A DNA stretch of 64,000 nucleotides. Source: Candidatus Pacebacteria bacterium CG2_30_36_39. Its GTDB lineage: Bacteria > Patescibacteriota > Microgenomatia > UBA1400 > PJMF01. This document shows positions 19,091-28,793 of the stretch, piece by piece. The notes below the pieces were generated by a model. That model searched no databases and was not told the origin of the DNA. It worked only from the letters and a program-made list of their open reading frames with translations. The translations under genes and the position numbers were made by a program. Within the stretch, counting starts at the first letter, position 1. Every line of letters begins with the position of its first letter. The DNA lies in assembly GCA_001873435.1 (NCBI GenBank), contig MNZB01000004.1, positions 158,980 to 222,979 of the forward strand, given 5' to 3'.

Positions 19091-19796
19091 CTAACTCAGG
19101 ACCGCCAGTTTTTACTACTCTACCTGAGGAAACTATTAATACTTCATCATAAGTTAAATACTGCAAAATACGTTGATAATGAGTGATAACAATCACCGTC
19201 ATATTGAGCTGTTTTTTGAGCGCTGCTACTCCTCGAGCTACTATTCTAATTGCATCAATATCTAGACCAGAATCAGTTTCATCAAGAATAGCCAACTTTG
19301 GTTCGAGAACTGCCATCTGTAAAATTTCCAAACGTTTTTTTTCACCACCAGAAAAACCTTCATTTAATCCTCGGTCTAAAAGTTTTTTGGCAATATCAAG
19401 TTCCGTTGCTTTCTCAAATAGAAAATCACGAAATTCGACAATGGAAACATATTTCCTCTTACTTCTGTCTGGATATTTTTGAGTATAAACAGTCCACAAA
19501 AAATTAAGTACTTTGACACCAGGAATTTCTACTGGATATTGAAAAGCTAAAAATAACCCTTCTCTGGCTCTTTCGTCCGGAGACATATTAAGTAATTCTT
19601 TGCCAGCCAAAATTGCTGAACCAGTTGCCTGATAATCAGGATGCCCAGCCAATACATTTGACAAAGTTGATTTTCCTGATCCATTAGGGCCCATGACCAC
19701 CACTGTTTTCCCCTCCTCAATATCAAGATTTATTCCTTGGAGAATTTCTTGGCCATCTGTTGAGGCGCGTAGGTCTTTTACAGAAAAAAAAGACAT
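19047..19796 (-). CDS. sufC: Fe-S cluster assembly ATPase SufC
   Basis: GPNGSGKST Walker A, LSGGEKKR signature, DETDSGLD Walker B. Confidence 0.9.
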   Translation of the reverse strand: MSFFSVKDLRASTDGQEILQGINLDIEEGKTVVVMGPNGSGKSTLSNVLAGHPDYQATGSAILAGKELLNMSPDERAREGLFLAFQYPVEIPGVKVLNFLWTVYTQKYPDRSKRKYVSIVEFRDFLFEKATELDIAKKLLDRGLNEGFSGGEKKRLEILQMAVLEPKLAILDETDSGLDIDAIRIVARGVAALKKQLNMTVIVITHYQRILQYLTYDEVLIVSSGRVVKTGGPELVAELEKTGYGQIRS

Positions 19797-19814
19797 AGAT
19801 TTAATTACTTTCTC

Positions 19815-20303
19815 TTAAGCTTTAAAAGCCTGTTGAACAATTGTTTTTACAAAACTACCAACTGGTTCACCAAAATTTAAACTATTGGCTTCATCAGCTG
19901 TTACCCAACGATATTCAGTATGTTCATCAGACAATAACACTTGATCTGGTCTAAGATCTGTAAGGTTCTTTACAACCCAACCACAAACAATTGAATAAAC
20001 AGCTTTGCGCTCATCATAATAACTAAAAAAATGCACCATATTTTCTAATTCAAAAACTTCTGGCAAAACTTCTAAACCTGTCTCTTCAATTACCTCACGA
20101 GCTATTTCTGCTTGATGTAAATTACGACCAGACTCCATCATCTCAGCCGGCCATTCTACATTTCCACCAGGTAAATCCCATGATCCTGGACGACTTGCTG
20201 CCGTAGAAGGACGTTTTAACACCAAAACTTTATCCTGATGGATGATTGCTACTTTGTGTAAAAACTTAACATTTTCTGTTAATTGATGAGGAACTTTGTT
20301 CAT
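19815..20303 (-). CDS. NUDIX hydrolase
   Basis: Nudix box GGNVEWPAEMMESGRNLHQAEIAREVIEETGL. Confidence 0.8.
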   Translation of the reverse strand: MNKVPHQLTENVKFLHKVAIIHQDKVLVLKRPSTAASRPGSWDLPGGNVEWPAEMMESGRNLHQAEIAREVIEETGLEVLPEVFELENMVHFFSYYDERKAVYSIVCGWVVKNLTDLRPDQVLLSDEHTEYRWVTADEANSLNFGEPVGSFVKTIVQQAFKA

Positions 20304-20893
20304 TCCGCCTTTCCTGGTTGTAATTTATCTATGTTTTCTAAAACCCAAGTTACTTCTGAGCGAACTTCTGGAATAGTTTCCATAGTTTCTAAATCTGCTA
20401 AACCAAACCAACCAATACCATCTGATTCTTCAATATTCTGATGAAATTTTGTACTGCCCATAGCTTTGACTACGTAAGTAAAAACAAGATGCTGCTCACA
20501 ACCCAATTTCCAAACATTATCAGTCACTCTCCTTGAGGGATCGTTGCTTGCTAGCCTACGCTGGTAAATTTCTTTACTAATCCAATGCAAGTTTACCGAA
20601 AAGGGAACTGGATAATAATCAGAATTATCAGTGCCAGAAAGAAGTTTTTGAGTACTCAAGGCAGTAACTTTTACTCCAGTTTCTTCCCAAAATTCACGCT
20701 CTGCTGCTTTGTGTGGTATTTCATCTTCTTCAATGTGTCCACCAGGAGCCAACCAAATACCAAGCTTCCTATGTTTAACCAGTAAAACTTTGTTGTTTTC
20801 AACTAAAAAACCAGCGGCAGTTAAACAAATTTTAGGAGATAAATTAGAGGAAGTTTGCACAGGGGAATTGTACCATTCTTTCAGATTAGGCAC
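20300..20893 (-). CDS. NUDIX hydrolase
   Basis: Nudix box PGGHIEEDEIPHKAAEREFWEETGV. Confidence 0.8.
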   Translation of the reverse strand: MPNLKEWYNSPVQTSSNLSPKICLTAAGFLVENNKVLLVKHRKLGIWLAPGGHIEEDEIPHKAAEREFWEETGVKVTALSTQKLLSGTDNSDYYPVPFSVNLHWISKEIYQRRLASNDPSRRVTDNVWKLGCEQHLVFTYVVKAMGSTKFHQNIEESDGIGWFGLADLETMETIPEVRSEVTWVLENIDKLQPGKAE

Positions 20894-20916
20894 AGCTTAT
20901 ATAGATTAAGAATTAA

Positions 20917-21750
20917 TTGTTACATTCATATACAATTATTTTAATGATCGATCATGAGAAACAAACTCCCATCGACTGGCTAAAATCAAAATTAGGAAGA
21001 AAACAACCAACTTCCGAAGCTACTTTTACTATTCCCCAAACAAATTTTGAAGAACTAATAAGAATGGTTGGGGATGGAGAACTAGAACATAAGCTAGAAC
21101 CCATTGTTGATAGTGTGATTAATAAGTTAAAAGAAAAACTGCCTTGGATTAAAAAATACGCACTCACCACAGAAAGAATAGATTTGGTTAAATCAAGAAC
21201 TGTCCATATTCCAAGAGGAATGCTCGCCTCTTTTGTTCAAGAATTTTTTAAAGGCCTAGGAGTTAAAAATCTAGAAAATACCCATCTAAATGAAAAATCA
21301 GTTAATGCTGGAATTTACATAGGCTTTGGTGATTTCATAGCTTTAAGCGTTGATCCAGAAGAAGAAAAAGACGATCAAGAAGGACCATTTTTAACTACTG
21401 CAGAAGAAATATTGCATTTTTTAAGACCTTTTAATCCTGATGAAATAAAGAAAATTGAAGGAAAAATGGTGAATCACCTCAATGAAGGTGCAACTCTATA
21501 TTACCTTCACCAAGCATATCCAGATTTTGATTTCTTTGAAAAAATTAAAAATCCAACTAATAGAGGTGAAGCTGGACATCTTCGGTACTTGATTTATAAC
21601 GTTTGGAAAACCTGGGTTGAGCAACACGGGGAGGAAAGAATGGCCGCCAGTTATTTTGGGAGAAGAAAATTTCCAAGAGAAGTAGCTAAGGCGATTGCTA
21701 ATGGTCTAATTAAAGAAATGTTTGCAGCAACTGCAAAAATGCTAAATTAA
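20917..21750 (+). CDS. hypothetical protein
   Basis: 277-aa ORF, the only plus-strand gene in a long minus-strand run. No recognisable motif. Start could be the internal MIDHEKQ. Confidence 0.4.
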   Translation: MLHSYTIILMIDHEKQTPIDWLKSKLGRKQPTSEATFTIPQTNFEELIRMVGDGELEHKLEPIVDSVINKLKEKLPWIKKYALTTERIDLVKSRTVHIPRGMLASFVQEFFKGLGVKNLENTHLNEKSVNAGIYIGFGDFIALSVDPEEEKDDQEGPFLTTAEEILHFLRPFNPDEIKKIEGKMVNHLNEGATLYYLHQAYPDFDFFEKIKNPTNRGEAGHLRYLIYNVWKTWVEQHGEERMAASYFGRRKFPREVAKAIANGLIKEMFAATAKMLN

Positions 21751-22326
21751 ACTCATCTGCACTCCAGCATTTTTCTGAGGTACAAAACTAAAATCCACCG
21801 GCGCAGTAATCAAACGATTCCACTTGTTTCTAAATTTAACCTCACCCTTGTTATATCCCCAATCAAGCAAATCCTTGGTAACTTTAACATCTTGCAAACA
21901 ATATTTTTCTAATTTATCAAATTGCTTAGTGTTGTAATACTTAATAGCATCCAAACCATCACCGGTCTTACCTATTCCCAAAGTTTCTTTAGCCACAGCA
22001 TCAAGACCAATACGATGACCAACAGAATCTTTGATACGAAGCATTAAATCCAAAGTAGGAATTTTACTAATATCTCCAGAGTAATATGAAGTAAAAGTTG
22101 GCATATCAAAACCATCAATATTAAAACCAACTACCACATCTGCTTGTTCTAATAAGGGAAAAAGCTTGGGAAGATCTTGCTCAAAATATGATTGATATTC
22201 ACCCTCTTCACCAAAACCATGACGAACATTAACACCAACAAACGAGATTCCCAAGCGATCTGGGAAGTAGCCACCTACTTCTTCAAAAGTTTTTTTAGTC
22301 TCAACATCTAAAATCAACTGCAACAT
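21742..22326 (-). CDS. DEDD-type 3'-5' exonuclease domain protein (RNase H-like fold)
   Basis: LILDVET (exo I D-x-E), FNIDGFDMP (exo II), YCLQDVKVTKDLL (exo III Y-x3-D). Confidence 0.55.
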   Translation of the reverse strand: MLQLILDVETKKTFEEVGGYFPDRLGISFVGVNVRHGFGEEGEYQSYFEQDLPKLFPLLEQADVVVGFNIDGFDMPTFTSYYSGDISKIPTLDLMLRIKDSVGHRIGLDAVAKETLGIGKTGDGLDAIKYYNTKQFDKLEKYCLQDVKVTKDLLDWGYNKGEVKFRNKWNRLITAPVDFSFVPQKNAGVQMSLI

Positions 22327-22373
22327 AAGGTATTACCTTACCGAATTTTAGCGTGGAAAGGAAGAAGAAAAAA

Positions 22374-22985
22374 CTAAATCAATGCCTGATGATAAAGCTC
22401 TGCAACCTTCGCCCAATTAATTATTTGCCAAAATGCCTCAATATATTCGGGACGACGATTTTGATATTTTAAGTAATAGGCATGCTCCCAAACATCCAAA
22501 GTTAAAATTGGTTTTAAATTCTCCATCCATGGATTATCTTGATTGGCAGTACTTTTGATTTCTAATTTTCCATGGCGAACAATTACCCAAGCCCAACCAG
22601 AGCCAAAGTGGCCTGTGGCTACAGCTACAAACTGGTTTTTAAACTCCTCTACAGAACCAAATTGGGCTTCAATTGCAGAACCCAATTCATTGTTCATTTC
22701 CTGTTTTTTATCGGTCATTATTTGCCAAAAAAAACTATGATTTGCATGACCACCACCATTGTTTTGCACAGCAGTTCTAATTGTGGAGTCATCAATATCT
22801 TTTAAAGATTGCATTAATGTCTCAATTGGAAGATTTTGCATATCTGGAAGTTTTTCCAAGGCAATATTGAGCTTATCAACATAAGCTTGGTGGTGTTTGC
22901 TGTGGTGAGTTTCCATTGTTTGAGCGTCAATAAATGGTTCAAGAGCATCATAGGCATAAGGTAGTTTTGGTAAAGTATGGATCAT
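22374..22985 (-). CDS. sodA: Fe/Mn superoxide dismutase
   Basis: [19 protein letters not shown] motifs. Confidence 0.9.
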   Translation of the reverse strand: MIHTLPKLPYAYDALEPFIDAQTMETHHSKHHQAYVDKLNIALEKLPDMQNLPIETLMQSLKDIDDSTIRTAVQNNGGGHANHSFFWQIMTDKKQEMNNELGSAIEAQFGSVEEFKNQFVAVATGHFGSGWAWVIVRHGKLEIKSTANQDNPWMENLKPILTLDVWEHAYYLKYQNRRPEYIEAFWQIINWAKVAELYHQALI

Positions 22986-23076
22986 AATTATTCCTTTTTA
23001 AAATATTTTACACAAACCAAAAGAATTGGTATATCGAAATAGTACCAGATTTAAAATTAATTCACTGTGGGTAATC

Positions 23077-23925
23077 TCACAAATCTGTTTGAGCTTCTTT
23101 AACAATTCTCATTAACTCAATCACTCGATCTTTTCCTGTAGTCTTTAAAAACTGCTCAATTGCTTGAAAATCAGGAGATTGATCTTCTTGTCGCATGTTA
23201 TTTATCTCTTCCCAAAGAGTTTGACCTGCCATAAAACCTTGAGCACCATTTTCTGTACTAATTCTGACAAATTCCTTAAATTGATCATAAGGAATATTAT
23301 CTCCGTGAACAATCCAAGGTACATCCAAAGAGCTAGTTAAAGTAGCCGTAGCCAAGGGATCTTGAGGATACTGAAGAGAAAGTATGCTGGCAAATCTTTG
23401 TAACTCTGCAACTGCTTCTAGTTGAATTTCTTGAAACTCAACCATATCTAACTCTTTTCCAGGAGGATGATAAATTACCAGCTTCAGCATAAAATCTATG
23501 CCTTCATACTGACAAAAATCATATAACTCAGAAACCAAGCGTTTCTTTTCCACCGCCAAATCCTCTGCGGGATGGTACATTAATTCTAATTTAGCCAAAC
23601 CATAATTATTTCTAACATCCTCAATGCCCCATTGAGGTATAAATCTAGGCAAAGCCAAAGGATCTTGATTTTGTTCTTGTTCAAGACGAATTAATAAACC
23701 AGAATTTTTGTGTTTGTAACTTAAAAACGGTAAAGAATAGATAGGATCTAAAACCACCCCAGTTGTATGTTCTGAATAAAGCATTAAAAATCTAACTAGT
23801 AAGGCGTTAAGATTTTCAATATTGGTTGGCTCATTTAAAGTTAAACCTAAATGCTCAGCAAAAGCATAGGCTTCATCTAAAGCTAAAATACCAATACCAG
23901 ATTTTTGCAGGGCAGAAACTTTCAC
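23077..23925 (-). CDS. class I aldolase-like TIM-barrel protein of the tagatose-bisphosphate aldolase (LacD/DUF2090) family
   Basis: ILALDE..., VLDPIYSLPF..., GLLIRLE... parallel LacD segments (AFDQ..., LLDPEYGLPA..., GLLLAYE...). Weak by-eye match. Confidence 0.4.
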   Translation of the reverse strand: MKVSALQKSGIGILALDEAYAFAEHLGLTLNEPTNIENLNALLVRFLMLYSEHTTGVVLDPIYSLPFLSYKHKNSGLLIRLEQEQNQDPLALPRFIPQWGIEDVRNNYGLAKLELMYHPAEDLAVEKKRLVSELYDFCQYEGIDFMLKLVIYHPPGKELDMVEFQEIQLEAVAELQRFASILSLQYPQDPLATATLTSSLDVPWIVHGDNIPYDQFKEFVRISTENGAQGFMAGQTLWEEINNMRQEDQSPDFQAIEQFLKTTGKDRVIELMRIVKEAQTDL

Positions 23926-23970
23926 TCACTCAGTATATCTATTTATCAGGATGAAGAAAAGTTGAAAACA

Positions 23971-23997
23971 AAAACCCCGCCTTTTGAGCGGGGTTTT
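23971..23997 (-). terminator. rho-independent terminator downstream of pnp
   Basis: aaaaccccgcc-ttttg-agcggggtttt hairpin with flanking A/T runs. Confidence 0.6.
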
Positions 23998-24022
23998 CAA
24001 GTTTCATTAAACTTTAAGTGAA

Positions 24023-26341
24023 TTATTCAGAATCTCTTCTGGAAAAACCACCTCTAGTAGATGAAGGACGGAAACCTCCGCCGCGGCGATCATCACGACC
24101 ACCTCGGAAAGAACGTCCGCCGCCTCTGTGATCATCGCGTCGACCAAAACCTCTATCTCCGCCACGATCTCCACCATTGCGAGTCTTTTTTGTTGCAGAC
24201 TCTTCAGCAGATAACATGGAAAGACCAATCTTGCCATCATCTTTAATTTCTGAGATACGCACATGAACAGCGTCACCTAATTTGGCAACTGCTTCAACAT
24301 CATCAATGCGCTCAGCAGACATTTCAGAAACGTGAACTAAACCTTCACGACCTGGAAGATATTCAACAAATACACCATAGTTTTCAACTCTAGTGACTGT
24401 ACCGTCAAATTCATCTCCAATATTAACTACACGAACTAGGCCAGTAACTTTGGCTACTGCTGCATCAATTTTGCTTTGTTCTGAAGATGAGATATTTACA
24501 ATACCAATTTCTAATTCTTTGTCTTCATCAACATTCACATCAGCTCCAGTTTCCTCAATAATTGACTTAATCATCTTGCCACCTGGGCCGATTAATTCTC
24601 CAATTTTGTCTGCTGGAATCTGAATTTGGACTACTTTTGGTGCATATTGAGAAATCTGCTCACGAGGAGAAGTGATGGCTTTCATCATTTCAACCATAAT
24701 GTGATTTCTACCCTCTTTAGCTTGGGATAGTGCTTTTTCAAGAATTTCTTTGGAAACACCTTTAAGCTTAATATCCATTTGGATTGCAGTGATACCAACT
24801 TCAGTACCAGCTACTTTAAAGTCCATGTCACCGACATGATCTTCAAGGCCTTGGATATCAGAAAGTACAACATATTTATCACCATCGCTCATTAAGCCCA
24901 TAGCAATTCCAGACACTGGGCGTTTGATAGGAACACCAGCTGCCATTAATGACAGAGTAGATCCACAAACTGAAGCTTGAGAGGTTGAACCATTAGAGCT
25001 CATAATTTCTGAAACTACATGAATGGTGTATGGGAACTCTTTTTGATCTGGGATCATTGGTAAAAGAGCTCTCTCTGCTAATGCACCATGACCAATTTCT
25101 CGACGTTTTGGAGCACCAAACCTACCAGCTTCACCAGAAGCATAGGGAGGCATGTTGTAATGGTGGATGTAGTGACGAGTTTGCTCGCCATCAATACCTT
25201 CAATTAATTGACCCAAGGTTGGATCAGCTAAGGTGGTAATAGTAACTGCTTGAGTGGCTCCACGTTTAAACATGGCAGAACCATGGGTGCGAGGGAAAAC
25301 ATCAACTTCACACCAGATTGGGCGAATTTCAGTTGTTTTACGACCATCAGGACGAACTTCTTCTTCAAGAATCATCTTGCGAGCTTCTTTTTTGTTTAAG
25401 TGATAAAAAGCAGCACTGATTTGTTTTTCAGTAATTTGCTCTTTTTCATCTTCAATACCTTCATTGAGTTTGGCAAAAATATTAGCTTTTACTTCAACTT
25501 CTTTGGTTGGAAGTAAACGACCACTTAATTCGACATTTTCACGAATTTCTTTAGCAAAATCAGCATAAATTCTATTAGCTAATTCTTCCATTGCCACTTC
25601 TTTGGCTTTGTCTTCTGCTGAAACTAATTCTAGTTTTTCTTTGCCAAGTACCCCAACTATTTCACTAATTACTTCACAAACTCCTCCAAGCTCTTGTTGA
25701 GCAAGAACCATGGCTTCAACAACAACTGATTCTGAAACTTCTTTAGCACCAGCTTCAACCATTACAATGGTTTTACCTGATCCAGAAACAATTAAATCCA
25801 AATCACTAACTTCACGTTCGGTGTTAGTAGGATTAATTAGGAATTTGCCAGTTTCTTTACTATAGCCAACTCTTAAACCAGCCATAGGACCATCAAATGG
25901 GATATCAGAAATTGATAAACCAATAGCACTTCCTAGCATACCCAACATGTCTGGATCATTTTCTTCATCATATGAGAAAACTGTGTTAATAATCTGAACT
26001 TCATTGGTAATACCATCTGGGAACATAGGGCGAAGTGAGCGATCAATAACGCGAGCTTTTAAGATAACGTCATCTGAAGGACGTCCATCACGCTTAATCC
26101 AACGAGAGCCTTTAATAATGCCAGAAGCATATAGCTTCTCAGCAAATTCCACTGAAAGTGGAAAATAGCCTAGATCAACTTTGCGACCCAAAGCTACGGT
26201 GGTGTGAACCACTGTTTCACCACAGGTTACTAAGACTGCAGCGCTGACTTGTTCTGAGAATTTTCCAATCTCAACAGTCACTTCTTTGCCACCTAGGGTA
26301 AAGTTTTTTTTGTATGTTTCAGGATATTTTGGATAATCCAT
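24023..26341 (-). CDS. pnp: polynucleotide phosphorylase with RGG/RG-repeat C-terminal tail
   Basis: Two RNase PH domains, KH and S1 domains. Last ~50 aa are RGGDRGGDRGFGRR...RGGGFRPSSTRGGFSRRDSE. Confidence 0.9.
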   Translation of the reverse strand: MDYPKYPETYKKNFTLGGKEVTVEIGKFSEQVSAAVLVTCGETVVHTTVALGRKVDLGYFPLSVEFAEKLYASGIIKGSRWIKRDGRPSDDVILKARVIDRSLRPMFPDGITNEVQIINTVFSYDEENDPDMLGMLGSAIGLSISDIPFDGPMAGLRVGYSKETGKFLINPTNTEREVSDLDLIVSGSGKTIVMVEAGAKEVSESVVVEAMVLAQQELGGVCEVISEIVGVLGKEKLELVSAEDKAKEVAMEELANRIYADFAKEIRENVELSGRLLPTKEVEVKANIFAKLNEGIEDEKEQITEKQISAAFYHLNKKEARKMILEEEVRPDGRKTTEIRPIWCEVDVFPRTHGSAMFKRGATQAVTITTLADPTLGQLIEGIDGEQTRHYIHHYNMPPYASGEAGRFGAPKRREIGHGALAERALLPMIPDQKEFPYTIHVVSEIMSSNGSTSQASVCGSTLSLMAAGVPIKRPVSGIAMGLMSDGDKYVVLSDIQGLEDHVGDMDFKVAGTEVGITAIQMDIKLKGVSKEILEKALSQAKEGRNHIMVEMMKAITSPREQISQYAPKVVQIQIPADKIGELIGPGGKMIKSIIEETGADVNVDEDKELEIGIVNISSSEQSKIDAAVAKVTGLVRVVNIGDEFDGTVTRVENYGVFVEYLPGREGLVHVSEMSAERIDDVEAVAKLGDAVHVRISEIKDDGKIGLSMLSAEESATKKTRNGGDRGGDRGFGRRDDHRGGGRSFRGGRDDRRGGGFRPSSTRGGFSRRDSE

Positions 26342-26570
26342 TTTTTTCTTTCTGTTCGTTTGCCACGAACTACACGTTCAAGCTTAGCTTGCGTGCACGA
26401 CCAGCTCGTAATTGAGCCAACCTTTTCATAAATACTGTGGGGAAAATGCTTTAGAAAATCTGTTATTAAGATTCCTCAATAAGCAGGGAGTACCTGTGGA
26501 TCAACCACTCCTTGCTAATCGAGGAAATTGCATCATTCCCGATATGGCTATTATACAGGAAGATTAAAAA

Positions 26571-26789
26571 TTAACTTCCACCAGTTATTTTGGTAGGCTT
26601 ATCACCTTCAAATACTTTTCTAACAGTGCCAGAGGTTCTACCTCTTTCCGCCTGTTTATTCCAAATATCCTTTTCTTCATCTTTTTCTGCTGGCTTGTTG
26701 GCTGCCTCCCTTATTAGTCTCATTCTTTTGGCAAAAGGATTCTCATCTTCTTCCCCTGGAGCATTAGATGCTGATTTATTTTCTTGCAT
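26571..26789 (-). CDS. hypothetical small charged protein between rpsO and pnp
   Basis: 72-aa ORF, Lys/Glu-rich, no motif. Could be a real small protein or a translated leader. Confidence 0.35.
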   Translation of the reverse strand: MQENKSASNAPGEEDENPFAKRMRLIREAANKPAEKDEEKDIWNKQAERGRTSGTVRKVFEGDKPTKITGGS

Positions 26790-26859
26790 GCTTTCCTTAA
26801 TTTATTTTTTTAAACTAATTCAATCTTATAGTTATAATGAGTAAGATGCAATTAAACTA

Positions 26860-26886
26860 AAAACCCCGCCTTATAAGCGGGGTTTT
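26860..26886 (-). terminator. rho-independent terminator downstream of rpsO
   Basis: aaaaccccgcc-ttata-agcggggtttt hairpin. The arms are identical to those of the terminator at 23971-23997. Confidence 0.6.
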
Positions 26887-26907
26887 ATTTACATTTCAAA
26901 TTTATGC

Positions 26908-27177
26908 TTATTTGCTTAAGCCAATACTGTTAACCAATTTTGCATAACGCTCTTCACTGCGACCTTGTAAGAAGCGGAGTAAGCGACGTCTTTTGGAAAC
27001 TTGTTTAAGAAGACCACGACGTGAATGGTTGTCTTTCTTATGTTTCTTCAAGTGGTCAGTCAATTCTTGAATAGAAGCGGTCAATAAAGCTACTTGAACT
27101 TCAGGAGAACCAGTGTCCCCTTCGAACAATTGGAATTCTTTAATGATTTGGTCTTTTTGGACTTTGGTAAGTGCCAT
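26908..27177 (-). CDS. rpsO: 30S ribosomal protein S15
   Basis: MALTKVQKDQIIKEF...VQVALLT...HKKDNHSRRGLL conserved S15 sequence. Start taken at MALTK rather than the ORF-track start. Confidence 0.9.
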   Translation of the reverse strand: MALTKVQKDQIIKEFQLFEGDTGSPEVQVALLTASIQELTDHLKKHKKDNHSRRGLLKQVSKRRRLLRFLQGRSEERYAKLVNSIGLSK

Positions 27178-27276
27178 GGTATTTCTTTCTTGTCTTTGAT
27201 CAGTTAGCAAAAGCCGGCTGATAAAGTAACCAATATTTTTACTAGAGGTGAGATTATATCATACCTCTCTAATTAA

Positions 27277-28746
27277 TTAAATTTCGTCGTCATCCTCTTT
27301 TTTGTAAGCAATGATAATGTCACCTACTTGGAAATCGAGTTTCTTGTTTCTAAAAGTTAGGCCTGCTTCATTTTTGGTTTTTACTACCAAAATATCATCT
27401 TTGCCATGTTTCATATTAGCAATTACTGGATTGGCGATAATAGCTTCAGCTCTCTTGAGATGTAATAGATCAGATTTTTTAACTTCACCAGTTTTTACCT
27501 TAATTCCAGCGATGTGATCGCCTTTCATCTCAAAAACTTGCATAATTTCAGCTTCACCAGTAACTACCTCATCAATAGTCGGTTCCATGATTTTTAACAT
27601 TAATTTTTGAAGATCTTCAATAAGGTGGTAAATAATGCCGTATTCTTTAACTTTAACTCCAAGACTTTTAGCAAAAATCTTAGTAGCACGAGGAACCTTA
27701 AGGTTAAAGGCTATTACCATAGCTTTGCTGGTTTCTGCTAATTCAAGCTCTTGGTCAGTGACTGGACCAACGCCAGATGAAACTAAATTAACACTTTCAG
27801 GATCAATATTTTGCTCAATTGCCTCAAGAGTACCTTTGACATCAGCTTTGACAATTAAATTAAGTTTAAATTTTTCACCAAAAGCAGTGCCAAAATCTAC
27901 AGTTGCCCATGGATTGTAAGCTTGTTTCAGCTCTTCTCCAGCAACTTCCTCCACATATTCTCTATTTTTTTCTTTCACAATAGAGCCAACTTCTGGAATA
28001 TCTCTCAAACCAACAATTTCTGCTGGTGATCCAGGTAAAACATTACCGAGTTGTTTACCATATTCATCACTCAATAACTTGACTCTACCTTCAATTTCAT
28101 CAATAAAAATATCTTGACGAACTTTTAAAGTTCCCTGTTGGACAATGACACTAGCAACTGGACCTTTTTGAATGTCTTTGGCAGATTCAATTACAACAGC
28201 TTCCAAAGGAGCCTCTGGATCGGCTTTAAGTTCCATAAGCTCTGCCATGAGTGAAATGGTTTCTAGTAATTTATCAACTCCTTTGCCTGTTTTGGCAGAA
28301 ACTTCAACTACTTCAATGTCACCACCAAAATCTTGCACAATTACTTGTTGTTCGGCTAATTGAGCTTTAACGTTATCTATTCTGATACCTTCTACATCAA
28401 TTTTATTCATTGCTATTAAGAAAGGTACATTTGATTCTCTTATGTAGCGGATTGATTCAATCGTCTGTGGTTTGACCCCATCATTAGCAGCTACAACAAG
28501 AATAACAATGTCGGTAATTTGAGCACCACGTTGACGCATTTTATTAAATGCAGCGTGGCCAGGAGTATCGATAAAGGTAATTTTTTTACCCTTATGATCA
28601 ATTTGATAGGCACCAATATGTTGAGTAATTCCACCTTCTTCTTTAGCTTGAACGTTAGTTTTACGAATGTAATCCAACAAACTAGTTTTACCATGATCAA
28701 CATGACCTAAGATCGTAATAATGGGTGGACGTGTAATCATGGCCAT
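27277..28746 (-). CDS. infB: translation initiation factor IF-2 (short form lacking N-terminal domains)
   Basis: G-domain GHVDHGKTSLLD, DTPGH, NKID motifs, then IF-2 domains II-IV. Only 489 aa. Confidence 0.85.
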   Translation of the reverse strand: MAMITRPPIITILGHVDHGKTSLLDYIRKTNVQAKEEGGITQHIGAYQIDHKGKKITFIDTPGHAAFNKMRQRGAQITDIVILVVAANDGVKPQTIESIRYIRESNVPFLIAMNKIDVEGIRIDNVKAQLAEQQVIVQDFGGDIEVVEVSAKTGKGVDKLLETISLMAELMELKADPEAPLEAVVIESAKDIQKGPVASVIVQQGTLKVRQDIFIDEIEGRVKLLSDEYGKQLGNVLPGSPAEIVGLRDIPEVGSIVKEKNREYVEEVAGEELKQAYNPWATVDFGTAFGEKFKLNLIVKADVKGTLEAIEQNIDPESVNLVSSGVGPVTDQELELAETSKAMVIAFNLKVPRATKIFAKSLGVKVKEYGIIYHLIEDLQKLMLKIMEPTIDEVVTGEAEIMQVFEMKGDHIAGIKVKTGEVKKSDLLHLKRAEAIIANPVIANMKHGKDDILVVKTKNEAGLTFRNKKLDFQVGDIIIAYKKEDDDEI

Positions 28747-28793
28747 AATTGGTTCCTTTAATTATCGATTAAGCCTAATAAAGCGCTATTTGG

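Noticed and set aside
24007-24276. ORFs overlapping the pnp 3' end on both strands (89 and 61 aa)
   Set aside because: They are generated by the GC-rich RGG-repeat coding tract of pnp. They are His/Arg-rich nonsense frames.
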